Shown: in pieces, positions 1 through 10,532 of the stretch
Layout: the number at the start of each line of letters is the position of its first letter
Numbering within the stretch: the first letter of the stretch is position 1
NCBI GenBank assembly: GCA_965218095.1
Contig: OZ244587.1
Span: 5,024,001-5,088,000, forward strand
Direction: 5' to 3'
Source: Candidatus Poribacteria bacterium
GTDB lineage: Bacteria; Poribacteria; WGA-4E; PCPOR2b
DNA length: 64,000 bases
The notes under the pieces: generated by a model
Databases searched by the model: none
Told to the model about the DNA's origin: nothing
The model's input: only the letters and a program-made list of their open reading frames with translations
Made by a program: the position numbers and the translations under genes

Positions 1-853
1 AGGTCTCGTCTGTGAACGTCACTAGGCACATCACGATGGCTTGATCGCCGTAGCGCCGATTGTAGAGTACCAACAGCCGGTCGCCGCCGAGTGGGATTGG
101 GGTCATCGTCTGTCCCTGAATGCCCGTCGAATGCGCCGGACCCCACGTAACCCCGCCATCGTGGGAGCACGCGAAGCTATTCGGCAGGTCTACGACATCG
201 CCCAGTGTCACAGTCCAGCAGACGCCCATAACGTCGTCTGGGGCAATCTCTGCTAGCTTGTGCTCGAAGTAGCCGCACTTCTTGTTGGGGTCCTCGAATG
301 CGATGGCGGGCCGAGGCCAGGTCTGCCCACCATCGTCGGAGATAGCCAACAATACCTGCTCACCGAGCCGGTCCTGGGAAGGGAGGGTGGCTGCCGGCGC
401 CAGCAGACGACCTGAAGCAAGCGGCAGTATCCCGTGGGAAATCTCCAACGAACAGTCGCAAGGCATAGGAACCACCCGAGGGGCTGACCACCTATGGCCG
501 CTGTCTGTGGAGCGACAGAAGACCGGTTCATTACGTCCCTCACCAAATTTCTCTTCGGGCTGGCGATGGCTTCGTGACCCGTAGGCGAAAATGGTCTCGC
601 CATCGGCGGAGCGCGTCAGCTTGAGGGCATTGGTCGTGGGGGGCTCTGTCGCCGGTGGTAAAATGGTGCCTTCGAGAGTCCAGGTGAGTCCGCCGTCCGT
701 GGAGCGCGCCCAGTCCGTGCCGCCGTGGACATAAGGACCGCCGCCGACGTTGAACGAACAAAGAATGTCGTCGTTGGACAACTTCACGGCTTGGGGAAAC
801 GCTGAATCGCGCCTATCCACCCAGCCTGTGTCGATAATTTCAATCGAGGGCAT
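1..853 (-). CDS. BNR/Asp-box exo-alpha-sialidase-like protein (runs off window start)
   Basis: Manual translation from ATG 853: MPSIEIIDTGWVDRRDSAFPQAVKLSNDDILCSF; Asp-boxes STDGGLTW and SDDGGQTW; close paralog of 3933-4997. Confidence 0.85.
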   Translation of the reverse strand, partial: MPSIEIIDTGWVDRRDSAFPQAVKLSNDDILCSFNVGGGPYVHGGTDWARSTDGGLTWTLEGTILPPATEPPTTNALKLTRSADGETIFAYGSRSHRQPEEKFGEGRNEPVFCRSTDSGHRWSAPRVVPMPCDCSLEISHGILPLASGRLLAPAATLPSQDRLGEQVLLAISDDGGQTWPRPAIAFEDPNKKCGYFEHKLAEIAPDDVMGVCWTVTLGDVVDLPNSFACSHDGGVTWGPAHSTGIQGQTMTPIPLGGDRLLVLYNRRYGDQAIVMCLVTFTDET

Positions 854-886
854 GGTATGCTCCTTTGTCAAAACAGTAATTCATAG

Positions 887-1658
887 GTGATTCGTGTGAG
901 GAAGAGATGGAAGAACAGAAGGCATGGCACTCTCCGTGAAGACCGAGGGGAAGCAGGGCTGATTAGTAAGGTTACCCACGCGCATCTCTGGTATACCTCC
1001 GGATCTTATCACGGCATGAATGCAATCCGGACACTTGTGCAAAGCGAACCCGTGCGCGTCGTTGGGCACGTCAAAGAGATTGGCGGCAGTTCATGGGAGG
1101 TCGGCGTCGTCGAATTCGAGAACGGTGTTTCTCTTGTTTACGAACTGCCGACACGACGACGCGGCAACTATTGGGAGATCGATGGAACAGAGGGGGCAAT
1201 CGTTGGTAACGAATTGCTGGTCGGGCACAAAGACCTATCCAATTCAGACCGTCACAACGGAGGTGGATGGTGTGACGGTCGTTGGTCAGGCTCGCGTTGA
1301 CACCGATCCGTCGGTGATCTGGGAGAATCCGCTAAAAGCGTTTAGACTGGCGGATGCAGACGATGTCGCACGGGGCGCGGAATTGCACAGTATCTATCGA
1401 GCGATTGTTGAAGGGGTTGAACCGGAATATGGTGCGGTTAACGAACGCACAGACCAAGAGATTCTCATTGCGATCCGCGAATCTGCGCGGAACGGTGGGT
1501 GACCGATTAATCTGCCGCTGACCGAAATCACGGGGCACGAAGAAAATCTGCACCGGGAGTACCGCGAAAAATACGGCGTCCACCCGTTTGACGCCATTGA
1601 GAAACAGAAAAGCATCCTGTTCCCACAACGCGGCGTTGTGTGGGCAGCGAGGCGATAG
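887..1658 (+). pseudogene. Gfo/Idh/MocA-like oxidoreductase C-terminal remnant
   Basis: No N-terminal Rossmann motif; SYHGMNAIR..EIDGTEGAI, frameshift ~1230, in-frame TGA 1500-1502, reading continues PINLPLTEI. Confidence 0.6.
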
Positions 1659-1690
1659 AAAACGATTAATAGTTGGCATCTATTACCATA

Positions 1691-1874
1691 TAGGACTTAC
1701 GTATTTCAAATTTAGGGAACGCAGATCTGCGTTCCCTACTTACCTGGTCCATAGAAGGGGACAAAGGTGTAAGGAGTCATACGTATGTAGGGACTAACGA
1801 TCGTTAGCCCCTACGAATTACGGAGGCTGAATCGTTATTACGAGGCATTGAGGGATTCAACTGCGTAGGTTCTA
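1691..1874. mobile_element. MITE-like element, TAGGACTTACGCA-type inverted ends, internal GTAG..CTAC REP-like hairpin
   Basis: TAGGACTTACGTA 1691 / TGCGTAGGTTCTA 1862-1874; GTAGGGACTAACGATCGTTAGCCCCTAC at ~1787-1814. Confidence 0.6.
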
Positions 1875-1921
1875 ACTATACTCTCAAAGAATTATCGACA
1901 CTCGACGTGAAGGAGATTAGC

Positions 1922-3055
1922 ATGAGTTGGCAAGTTGTAGACCGCATGATGATATATCACGAATCGGGCATGTATGCCCTTAGCCCCACTGTGACACGTA
2001 CGCCCTCCGGTAGCCTGTTGGTAACATTCCAAAGGGCAACCCATCTGGGGTATTCCCATCATGAACACCCGCTATTCAATGTGCAGGCTTGCCGGTCCGA
2101 AGACGAGGGACAGACTTGGAGCGGACCCTACCTCGTAACCGTCGATCCCCGCGGAGGCGTCATGGACCGCGGCGTCCACACCCTTCCGGACGGAAGTATC
2201 TTTCTACATTCATCCTGCACCGAGTTGGTTCCTGCGGAGGATGCGGTAGAACATGGAGGGAGCTGGGGCGTACAACATGGTAAACCGTTCTGGGTACGGT
2301 CACGCGACGATGGACACACTTGGAGTGCTCCCAAACGTTTCCCGCCTTTCCCCGACGCGGTCTGGGGCCATCCCGCCCAACACTCAGGGGTCAGTCGGAG
2401 CGGCTTGCTAGCTCTTCCAGATGGAAGGTTACTCATGCCGAGCAAAGCAACCGACCTCACTACCGGCGAGTTTCGTTATTTCGGCATGTTGCGCGTGTCG
2501 AGGGACATGGGGGAGACGTGGGAATATGGCGGACGGATCGCGGAAGATCCAGTTGCCCACTTCAGCGAGCCGACCATCCACCGGACTCCGAGCGGTCGCA
2601 TCTTGGTGCTTTTTCGTTGCCATCCGGGGCGATTGGGTCCCGACATCGTTCGGGATCAGGGATTTGATGGTCCCTTCACAGAAGATCCTCAATTCGTTGG
2701 TCGTTTCCTCGCGCTGGTCTACTCTGACGACGACGGAGAGACATGGTCTCCGTGGCGTCCAACTATGATTCACGGCAGCCCGGGTCACATGCTGGGATTA
2801 AGGGATGGGCGCATTTTTCTTACGGTAGGTACTCGGTGGGAGAGACAGCGAGGCTGCGTCGCTAGGGTGTTAGACCCTGAAGGGACCGATTTAGATACCG
2901 CGCCTGAGTTCGTGATAGAGGACAACGCATTGAGCGCAGACTGTGGCTATCCTTGGTCGGTGGAGCTCAACGACGGACGGGTTTTGGTCGTCTATTGGCA
3001 CCATTATCCTGACGATCACCGGGGTATCGAAGGGGCAATCGTCGAAGAAGTTTAG
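1922..3055 (+). CDS. BNR/Asp-box sialidase-family protein
   Basis: Asp-boxes SEDEGQTWS, SRDDGHTWS, SRDMGETWE, SDDDGETWS; C-terminal DCGYP; RBS AAGGAG. Confidence 0.85.
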   Translation: MSWQVVDRMMIYHESGMYALSPTVTRTPSGSLLVTFQRATHLGYSHHEHPLFNVQACRSEDEGQTWSGPYLVTVDPRGGVMDRGVHTLPDGSIFLHSSCTELVPAEDAVEHGGSWGVQHGKPFWVRSRDDGHTWSAPKRFPPFPDAVWGHPAQHSGVSRSGLLALPDGRLLMPSKATDLTTGEFRYFGMLRVSRDMGETWEYGGRIAEDPVAHFSEPTIHRTPSGRILVLFRCHPGRLGPDIVRDQGFDGPFTEDPQFVGRFLALVYSDDDGETWSPWRPTMIHGSPGHMLGLRDGRIFLTVGTRWERQRGCVARVLDPEGTDLDTAPEFVIEDNALSADCGYPWSVELNDGRVLVVYWHHYPDDHRGIEGAIVEEV

Positions 3056-3072
3056 TCAACTGAGTCGGATTA

Positions 3073-3273
3073 TTATAACGCAAGTTGCTAGTTTTGAAAA
3101 ATCATCGATTGTCTTGTAGGGGCGGAGTTTCCCCGCCCGTCAAGTGTTCTATCTTTCGCTTCAGTTTTGAATCCAGATTTTATCGGGAAGGAGCACCACG
3201 ATTGGATTGTAATTGTCAGGTGGCAACTTGAGTGGAAATTCCATGGATATTCAATTAGCAACTTGGGTTATAA
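3073..3273. mobile_element. MITE-like element with ~19-bp TIR
   Basis: TTATAACGCAAGTTGCTAG / TTAGCAACTTGGGTTATAA (17/19 match); internal GTAGGGGCGGAGTTTCCCCGCCC hairpin. Confidence 0.6.
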
Positions 3274-3576
3274 CAACCAACGGAAGATAAAGATGAATAA
3301 CAAGTAGAACCCTCCTTTGTCTCATCTTTGTCTCTTGTTGTTGCCTTTGCTCACTTTCTCATTGTCTCACTTTCACACTTTCACACTTTCAGGCTTCACT
3401 CTTCCTCACAAGCCAACGCGATTCCAGTCCGTATCTACTATATGCGTATTTTTTTACGCAATAAGTTATTATAGGCTTTTAAGTTTTTGCCTCATGTAAA
3501 AGGAAAGCGCAAAGCGCAATTACAAGCCGTAAAAGTCTCCGCCAATCCACGCGAATCACCATGAATTTATTAATGA

Positions 3577-3801
3577 TAGAAGTTACGCACTTAGATAGCA
3601 AATAGGCGAGGACCTACGCCCTTGATGCACAACCTCCTCTGATTGTGCATCGGGAGCGTGGCGCAGATTAGGAAATCTGCGCCACAAATCGCTTGGTCTC
3701 AAATAATACACACTTCTCCAATTGATTCTGCCTCCAGAGGTGAATCCCCATCCACCCGAAGGCTTGGCATTGAACTGTGGGATTCAACTGCGTAAGTCCT
3801 A
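3577..3801. mobile_element. MITE-like element, TAGGACTTACGCA family
   Basis: TAGAAGTTACGCA 3577 / TGCGTAAGTCCTA 3789-3801. Confidence 0.6.
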
Positions 3802-3932
3802 AATGAATTTGTGTAGATTTGCGTGGATTTGTGGATAACAAGGAGGAGGGAATCCGGTAATCGGTTTCTGTTGCACGATTTCTTAACATGAGCCAAGTTT
3901 TTAAGTAAAAAACTCGGTATCTACTGCTTGGC

Positions 3933-4997
3933 TCACCAGTCGACTCGTAGTTTTGTCCAGCGGACGCCGAAGGGACCGTCCTCCTTACACCAATGCGTTG
4001 CCAGATACGTCCCATCCTGCAACCGAATCGCCGTTGGGAAACCAAACATAAAGCTATATAGCTCCTCCACACCGGAGTCTATATCCTCCGGTCGCTGGCG
4101 GATTGTTCCGGCGTCGTACAATATGTCCTCGTAGTGGAGAGTCCACGTTTCTTCTGTGAACGTCACCAGACACATCACGATCGCCTGCTCTCCGTAGCGC
4201 CGATTGTAGAGTACCAACAGCCGGTCGTCGCCAAGTGGGATGGGGGTCATCGTCTGTCCCTGAATGCCTGTCGAATGTGGTAGTCCCCAAGTTACCCCAC
4301 CATCGTGCGAAAGCGCGAAGCTATCCGGCAGATCGACAACATCGCCCAGCGTCACAGTCCAGCAGGCGCCCATGACACGGTCTGGGGAAATCTCTGTCAG
4401 TTTCTGTTCAAAGTAGCCATGTTTGTTGTTAGGGTCCTGGAATGCTATGGTGTGTTGAGGCCAGGTTTGTCCACCATCGTCGGAGATAGCCAACAAGACC
4501 TGTTCGCCCAGACGGTCTTGGGACGGAAGGGGCGCCGCCGGCGCTAGAAGGCGGCCAGAAGCGAGCGGCAGTATCCCGTGGGAAATCTCCAACGAACAGT
4601 CGCAAGGCATAGGCACCACTTGGGGAGGTGACCATGTATGTCCGCCGTCGGTGGAGCGGCAGAGCACCGGTTCATTGCGTCCTTCACCGAATTTTTCCCC
4701 AGGCTGACAATAGCTACGTGACCCGTAGGCGAAAACTGTCTCGCCATCGACAGAGCGTGAGAGTTTGAGCGCGCTGGTTGTGTCAGGGGTTGTCGTTAGC
4801 GGCAAAATGGTGCCTTCCAGTGTCCAGGTCACGCCACTATCAGTGGAGCGAGCCCAATCTGTACCGCCGTGGACATTCGGACCGCCACCAACATTGAACG
4901 AACAAAGAATGTCGTCGTTGGACAACTTCACGGCTTGGGGAAACGCTGAATCGCGCCTATCCACCCAGCCTGTGTCGATAATTTCAATAGTAGGCAT
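3933..4997 (-). CDS. BNR/Asp-box exo-alpha-sialidase-like protein
   Basis: STDSGVTW, STDGGHTWS, SDDGGQTW, SHDGGVTW; start after AAGGAG RBS. Confidence 0.85.
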   Translation of the reverse strand: MPTIEIIDTGWVDRRDSAFPQAVKLSNDDILCSFNVGGGPNVHGGTDWARSTDSGVTWTLEGTILPLTTTPDTTSALKLSRSVDGETVFAYGSRSYCQPGEKFGEGRNEPVLCRSTDGGHTWSPPQVVPMPCDCSLEISHGILPLASGRLLAPAAPLPSQDRLGEQVLLAISDDGGQTWPQHTIAFQDPNNKHGYFEQKLTEISPDRVMGACWTVTLGDVVDLPDSFALSHDGGVTWGLPHSTGIQGQTMTPIPLGDDRLLVLYNRRYGEQAIVMCLVTFTEETWTLHYEDILYDAGTIRQRPEDIDSGVEELYSFMFGFPTAIRLQDGTYLATHWCKEDGPFGVRWTKLRVDW

Positions 4998-5023
4998 GGC
5001 ATTCTCCTTTGTCAAAAAATGGT

Positions 5024-5391
5024 TCATTCGCCTCTGGAAACGTCCATCACTTGTAATACCGTTTCTGATAAAAACCCAGCATTAGAGCGGAAGGGTTGAA
5101 AGGGGACACCATTCTCGCCATGAAGGATTAACACAGACGTTTCGACGTTGGTGACGTGACTGGTGGCGGACAGCTCGTGATAGACATGCGGAATTTCCCA
5201 TGGGGCTCCACCCATGAATATAGCAAAACTTGTGTCGGACTCTCCATAGGGACCCCCGCAAAACACGCGTCGGTCATAACGCCCGCCACAGAGTACGGTG
5301 GCCCGAAAGAGCTTTGTCTTTCCGATGGTATACGCGCAAGCATCGCGCCATAACTGAAACCATGAGCTCCCATTCTGGTCTTATCACACAT
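5024..5391 (-). pseudogene. S9 prolyl oligopeptidase-family C-terminal fragment
   Basis: GAHGFSYGA nucleophile motif and LILHGE motif in different frames; N-terminus missing. Confidence 0.6.
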
Positions 5392-6478
5392 CTGTTTTAT
5401 GGCCAGCTAGTCGGTACCGCTCAACTGCATCCATATCCAGTGCCACGCCCAGCCCCGGTCTTTCCGGAACCTTTGCCTGTCCGTCTTTCACCACCAACGG
5501 CTCCGCCAGAAGCGAATGCTCCAGCAGCATGTAAAGCGAAACATGCCCAAGCGACGCATTTGGGATGGTTGCGGCTAAATGCACCATAAAGACCGCAGAG
5601 ATTCCCGTAAATCCCATTTGCATCCAGAACGGTTTGTTCGCGGCGGACGCAATGTTGGCGCATCGGATAACTCCCGCCGCCCAGCCACCCACCACATAAT
5701 AGTCATAAGCGGACGAAGGCAGCGAAATCATCGGATGCGGCGAGCCAAAATGGATTGCGAGCGGATAACCGAGTTCTTTCTTCAGGGTCAGATAGCCTTC
5801 AACGTTCTCCTGATCGATTGGCGATTCTAGGCATTTGACCTGGGGATATTTTTTCAACTGTCGTCCGATGGAAAGGGCGCGCTCCACTGTGCCAAAGGTG
5901 CAGTTAGCGTCAATCGTGAGCTCATAATCATCCGGCGCTGCGTCCGCGATGCGCTGAACCTGTTCCACCACGTCTGTATGGGCACGCCGTTTGAATTTAT
6001 GTGCCCGGAAATCGTTCTCTATCGCAATCTTTACTTCTTCCTCCAACACATCCGGCGGGAAACAGTGCGACCAATAGGCGATAGGCACAGTTTCCTGACA
6101 CGGACCGAACAGTCGCGCCATTGGCAGCCCAACGGCCTGGCCCATCAGGTCATAAAAGGCAATCTGAAGCGGGCCGGCGCTGTCGTCCATGATAAACTCA
6201 AAAGGGCTTCTTCCCAAGTACGTCTGGATTCTGTCTTCGGGGATGCCGGCCCCTTCGCCAATCCCTACGAGCCCTTCATCGGTCTGCACACGATAAATCA
6301 ATGTTTGCACAGACGGCGGTGACGATTCTTGCCACTGTCTCTCAAATTCACTCCTGTTTGCTTCAAGTTCATCATCCGTCGCGCGATTGCCGAAATTCCA
6401 GCCTTTCCGAAGGTGTTCTCGGATGCGCTCAAGATAAGGGACATTGACGGCGATCTGCTCAATCTCAGAAATTTTCAT
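5384..6478 (-). CDS. Mandelate racemase/muconate lactonizing enzyme (enolase superfamily)
   Basis: TDEGLVGIGE, YDLMGQAVGLP, KFK, IDAN, LESP, PERPGLGV; likely start MKISEIEQ after AAGGAG. Confidence 0.85.
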   Translation of the reverse strand: MKISEIEQIAVNVPYLERIREHLRKGWNFGNRATDDELEANRSEFERQWQESSPPSVQTLIYRVQTDEGLVGIGEGAGIPEDRIQTYLGRSPFEFIMDDSAGPLQIAFYDLMGQAVGLPMARLFGPCQETVPIAYWSHCFPPDVLEEEVKIAIENDFRAHKFKRRAHTDVVEQVQRIADAAPDDYELTIDANCTFGTVERALSIGRQLKKYPQVKCLESPIDQENVEGYLTLKKELGYPLAIHFGSPHPMISLPSSAYDYYVVGGWAAGVIRCANIASAANKPFWMQMGFTGISAVFMVHLAATIPNASLGHVSLYMLLEHSLLAEPLVVKDGQAKVPERPGLGVALDMDAVERYRLAGHKTDV

Positions 6479-6688
6479 AATTTTCTCCTTTTCAATTTGG
6501 CGGTGGCCCGTACCGGTCTGGATTTTCCCAGTCCAATCATCTTCCATACAGTCGCCTATTTCTGCTTGAAAGAGATCCTTTACTTCGTTGAGGATGACGG
6601 GAAAAGAGCGCGTTTTACTCGCTATAAGTTCATAATAAACCCATTCTGCCGGAGCGCCCAACTTCATTTCGGTGTGAGTGACGAAATC

Positions 6689-6955
6689 ATGCGACGTGGG
6701 ATTGAACAGATCCGAAGCAGTATTCGCACCGAAGCGTATGATTTGACCATTCACGCCAGAGACGAAATGGAAGAAGACAACCTCACACGCCTTGATGTTG
6801 AAAATGCAATCCTCAATAGGCAGATTCGGCGTCGAGAAAGAGACGCTATCCAGCGAATCAAATATGTTGTTGAAGGCGTTGTATCGGTCAAACGCCCTCT
6901 CGGTATTGTCGGACGATTTACGGAAACGGGTGTTTTTCTAATCATCACGGTGTAG
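6689..6955 (+). CDS. DUF4258-type putative toxin (TAG where the usual ITVY ending is expected)
   Basis: LTIHARDEMEEDNL..DVENAIL..KYVVEG..IITV. Confidence 0.7.
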   Translation: MRRGIEQIRSSIRTEAYDLTIHARDEMEEDNLTRLDVENAILNRQIRRRERDAIQRIKYVVEGVVSVKRPLGIVGRFTETGVFLIITV

Positions 6956-6977
6956 GAAATCACCGAGGGGAATAACG

Positions 6978-7073
6978 ATGTACAGTTATCAGTGTGAATA
7001 CTGCAACGGTTTGGTAAATTTCAGTGGAGCGAAGGAGAGCGAGCGTAAACGCCTAATACCTAAATTGGGGTGA
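6978..7073 (+). pseudogene. Truncated YgiT/MqsA-type zinc-finger antitoxin
   Basis: MYSYQCEYCNG directly after the DUF4258 gene; second CxxC absent. Confidence 0.55.
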
Positions 7074-8247
7074 AACGGACATCCTCCCACGTCCCAGACG
7101 CCGATGCGCGTTGCGCGGCATCTATCACCTCGCACGCTCTCAGACCGTCCAGAAAATTTGGCATCGCTGTGCGATTCTGAGAAATCGACTCCAGCAGTTC
7201 TCGCAGGGCAATATAAAAAGCCTCCCGGTAGCCCATCCCAAGCCCCGGTAAGGGGCCAAAAGGTTCAGCTCCCGGATGCGTCGGCCCAATGAGAACTGTA
7301 CGAAAACCGCTGACGTTCTCCGGATCGTCCGCGAATTGAACCTGTATCTCGTTGGGATGCGCCCAATTGAATTTAATTGCGCCGCGCTCTCCACTGACCT
7401 CGAAACTCAGTTCATTACTGTGGCCCGCTGCCACCCAACTGGTCTCAATCATGCCAATAACACCACCCTCAAACTCGACTAACATCTGCGTTACATCGTC
7501 TACGTCCACCTCGCCATACGCGGAGGATTCAGAAATGGCATCCCCTCCGCCGCCAAAAACCAGATTTTCTTCCGAAGGCAGCGGACGTTTCTTGATAAGT
7601 GTGCGCGACTGGGCGAATACCCGGACAACCTCGCCGACCAGGTACCGGGCGATGTCAATCGTGTGAGATCCGATGTCGCTGAGACTGCCGGTGCCAGCTT
7701 TCTTTGCGTCAAAGCGCCAGGTCAGCGGCACGTTGGGATCAAGAGCAAAGTCATGGAGATACTGGCCGTGGTAGTGAAGAATTCGCCCAATCTTTCCGGC
7801 GTCGATCAGTTCTTTGGCAAAAGCCACCGCGGGGCACATGCGATAGACAAAAGACACGAGATGCACCACGCCTGCCTGACAAACGGCTTCGTACATCTGA
7901 CGCCCTGAAGCGGCATCGTGTGCCAGCGGTTTTTCGCAGTAGATGTGCTTCCCATGCGCAGCGGCGTCAATCGCGATCTCCGCGTGCGCGTAATTCGGCG
8001 TGACGATATCGACGAGGTCAATATCCGGTGCTCGCGTGATTTTCCGCCAGTCATCGGTCCCTTCTTTCCAGCCTAAGCGTGAAGCCCCTTCTGCGGCAAG
8101 TTCGCCGGTTATATCGAAAAGCCTGACCTGCTCAACCTTGGGTAGCTGTTGCCCGTACACCATTGAGACGTTGTTGTAGGCAAGGCTGTGGACGCTGCCG
8201 ACAAACCCCGCTCCGACTAAGCCTACTCGAACCGTCCTCTGTGCCAT
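7060..8247 (-). CDS. Gfo/Idh/MocA family oxidoreductase
   Basis: GLVGAGFVG, YCEKPLA, SLSDIGSHTID. Confidence 0.92.
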   Translation of the reverse strand: MAQRTVRVGLVGAGFVGSVHSLAYNNVSMVYGQQLPKVEQVRLFDITGELAAEGASRLGWKEGTDDWRKITRAPDIDLVDIVTPNYAHAEIAIDAAAHGKHIYCEKPLAHDAASGRQMYEAVCQAGVVHLVSFVYRMCPAVAFAKELIDAGKIGRILHYHGQYLHDFALDPNVPLTWRFDAKKAGTGSLSDIGSHTIDIARYLVGEVVRVFAQSRTLIKKRPLPSEENLVFGGGGDAISESSAYGEVDVDDVTQMLVEFEGGVIGMIETSWVAAGHSNELSFEVSGERGAIKFNWAHPNEIQVQFADDPENVSGFRTVLIGPTHPGAEPFGPLPGLGMGYREAFYIALRELLESISQNRTAMPNFLDGLRACEVIDAAQRASASGTWEDVRFTPI

Positions 8248-8277
8248 GATGTCCTCCGAGTTGGTATGTGGTTTCCG

Positions 8278-9082
8278 TTAACGCAAATCCTGCAAGTGGG
8301 TGATAGGTCCCGTATTTCCGAATCCCAGTTCAATCGCTCGCGCCAGCATCTTTTGACGCCGAGGGCCTGCGGTTGAAATCAAGCGGTCACTGTAAAATTG
8401 CCCCCATCCCCGCGTTTCGCCGGCGAGAAATCCGACGAGCCAATCGAAATGCTCCTGATTTTTCTCAGGCGTCGTATTCGGGACACAGTTGATATGGATA
8501 GCGTGGCGGCCGTACTTGTTGCTCAAAGCAGCGTGGTACGTCTTGTGGTTCATAAAGATTATGTCCCCGGTTCGTTGCGGAGCGGATAGCGCCCTGGCAT
8601 CTCGTCGGGAAGCGTCCCCCAATCGTCCCTCATTTTGTTAATCGCCTCCCCAAATTCCTTGAAGTGGCTTCCGGGAATGACGGTGAGGCAGCCTCCTCCG
8701 GAGCAAGTGTATCCAGATAGATCGCCGCCCGCATGCTGAAAAAGCCGTCCGGGGCATAGGCGTCGTGATGCCACCGCGTGCCCCCCGTATGGATAATCCC
8801 TTCGCTGAGAGTCAAGATGAAGTCCTCCCCCATCAAGCCCTCGAAGATGTCTACGATCGCTTCATGGTCTAGCAGGGGATAAAACACCTCCGGGTCATAG
8901 TCGAAGAAAGGCACGATCTGCTGCCGTTTCTCTCCCTGCTTCGGGGTAGGCGCCCCGCTGCGCGCCTTTCTCATCCCCGCATCGAAGGCGTCGGAAATCA
9001 CGCACATCTCCTCCGGAGACAGCAGTCCCTTACACTGAAGAAATCCGAACCGCTGAAAATGATTGATCTGTTCCTGACTCAT
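8278..9082 (-). pseudogene. Phytanoyl-CoA dioxygenase (PhyH) family, two frameshifts
   Basis: HFQRFGFL..WHHD / LTVIPGSH / GDIIFMNHKTYHA lie in three frames. Confidence 0.8.
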
Positions 9083-9349
9083 TATTGTCTTTTCCTCCGT
9101 TGTCAAATCAAGGGAATTTGTGATTACACGTCTCACGCTTCACATGTGACGCCGCTGGAATTGGGAATCAGTTTGGACACTAACCGAGAGATAAAAATTT
9201 CACGTTATCAAGCAGTCGCGTGTGGCGCCGCCAAAAGTGTAACATCAGATATGCAGGAATAGCAAGGAATTTGCTCGAGAACCCCCTGTGCTTACCATCT
9301 CCGCTGAAGCCATAGCGTTATTTTCCCGAAGCAACGCTTTTTCTCGCAT

Positions 9350-9483
9350 GTAGCCGTTCAGGTGACAAAAACGAAGAAAAGGGAGAGGCAATCGAACAGA
9401 TCGCGCTCCAATAAATCGGGATTTCGCTTCGCTCAACTCGTAACGCAAACTGTCAGTTTGCGCCAACCCACCTGAACGGTTAC
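9350..9483. mobile_element. MITE-like element with 15-bp TIR
   Basis: GTAGCCGTTCAGGTG / CACCTGAACGGTTAC (14/15). Confidence 0.6.
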
Positions 9484-9581
9484 GTATAAACTTTAACCAA
9501 CGACATTACAGCTTGACGATGTTTCTCACACGATGTTATTATTCCTGAAACCGAAAACTTCGAATGGAGGAATTTTTATCT

Positions 9582-9989
9582 ATGCGTGATCAATCATATA
9601 AGGGATTACAGCGCGACGTCCGTAAAATGGAAACGCCGGGAATCGAAACCTGGGAAAATGAGTATAGCGACAAGGATTACACCATTGAGATCACGAACCC
9701 AGAGTTTACGGCGGTCTGTCCCAAAACCGGGTTGCCGGACTTTGGGACAATTCGGATTAGCTACACTCCCAACGAACAATGTGTCGAACTCAAATCGCTG
9801 AGAGAGTATTTTCTGTTTTTCCGTGATGTCGGCATTTTTCACGAACATGTTGTCAATAAGATTCTAGAGGATTTTGTCGCAGCTTGCGATCCGCGGAAGG
9901 TCGAAATTGTCGGGGATTTTCACATCCGTGGGGGGATTAAAACGGTCGTCCGTGCTGACTATGAACCAGAGGAAAAACACAAAGAATAA
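9582..9989 (+). CDS. queF: NADPH-dependent 7-cyano-7-deazaguanine reductase (short QueF)
   Basis: PEFTAVCPKTGLPDFG, ELKSL, FHE, RGGI motifs. Confidence 0.95.
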   Translation: MRDQSYKGLQRDVRKMETPGIETWENEYSDKDYTIEITNPEFTAVCPKTGLPDFGTIRISYTPNEQCVELKSLREYFLFFRDVGIFHEHVVNKILEDFVAACDPRKVEIVGDFHIRGGIKTVVRADYEPEEKHKE

Positions 9990-10022
9990 GTGGATCGCGG
10001 AATCTTCAATCCGCAGGGCATA

Positions 10023-10532
10023 TCACGTATTGCGTCCCACCCATTGCGGGCTAATCTCGAAACTGTGCAGTCCGTGCCGAAACACAACAACGCTGGCGCC
10101 ATACGGCAGAGTGATCTTTATTTCATACTGGCTGAACCAATCAATAATCCCTGTGATAATCTCCCCGCCTCTAAGGGTTAAGCGCACCGGAATCTTTTCC
10201 CTGTGGCAACGTGGCAGAACACGGTCGTCAACCTGGAATCGCTCAGATTGGCGAGCAACCGAGATCAGGTTTTGTGCTTTCAACTCCGGATCAATCTCAA
10301 CTGACGGAAGAGGCTGGGGTGTCTGATCGCGCTTGTACATATACTTGATGTTGATTTTCTCAATACGGCGCACGTCTCCACTCTCTACGACATCAAGGGC
10401 GTAGGTCAAGCGGCGAATGATGATGCCTTCAACATGTTCCCCGTAAAGCTCAAAAACCATCGGCGTCTTCTTCCGAATCTGCTTTTGAACATAAGCGCGT
10501 CCGTAACCTTCGGCGCGAATCTGAGCCACCAA
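10023..10532 (-). CDS. Protein with two Hfq/Sm-like domains (N-terminal extension to 10684 possibly frameshifted)
   Basis: REKIPVRLTLRGGEIITGIIDWFSQYEI..VVFRHGL aligns with Hfq RERVPV..GQIESFDQF..VYKHAI; a degenerate copy precedes it. Confidence 0.65.
   Translation of the reverse strand: MVAQIRAEGYGRAYVQKQIRKKTPMVFELYGEHVEGIIIRRLTYALDVVESGDVRRIEKINIKYMYKRDQTPQPLPSVEIDPELKAQNLISVARQSERFQVDDRVLPRCHREKIPVRLTLRGGEIITGIIDWFSQYEIKITLPYGASVVVFRHGLHSFEISPQWVGRNT

Noticed and set aside
6479-6754. N-terminal extension of the 456-aa enolase-family ORF
   Set aside because: It overlaps the opposite-strand DUF4258 gene; a good RBS precedes ATG 6478
9484-9581. preQ1 riboswitch upstream of queF
   Set aside because: Only a promoter-like TTGACG..TATTAT and a short leader; no preQ1 stem-loop with A-rich tail is recognisable
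9582-9989. queF as part of a 7-deazaguanine DNA modification (dpd) system
   Set aside because: No dpdA/tgt-like, queC, queD or queE genes nearby; housekeeping queuosine synthesis is sufficient
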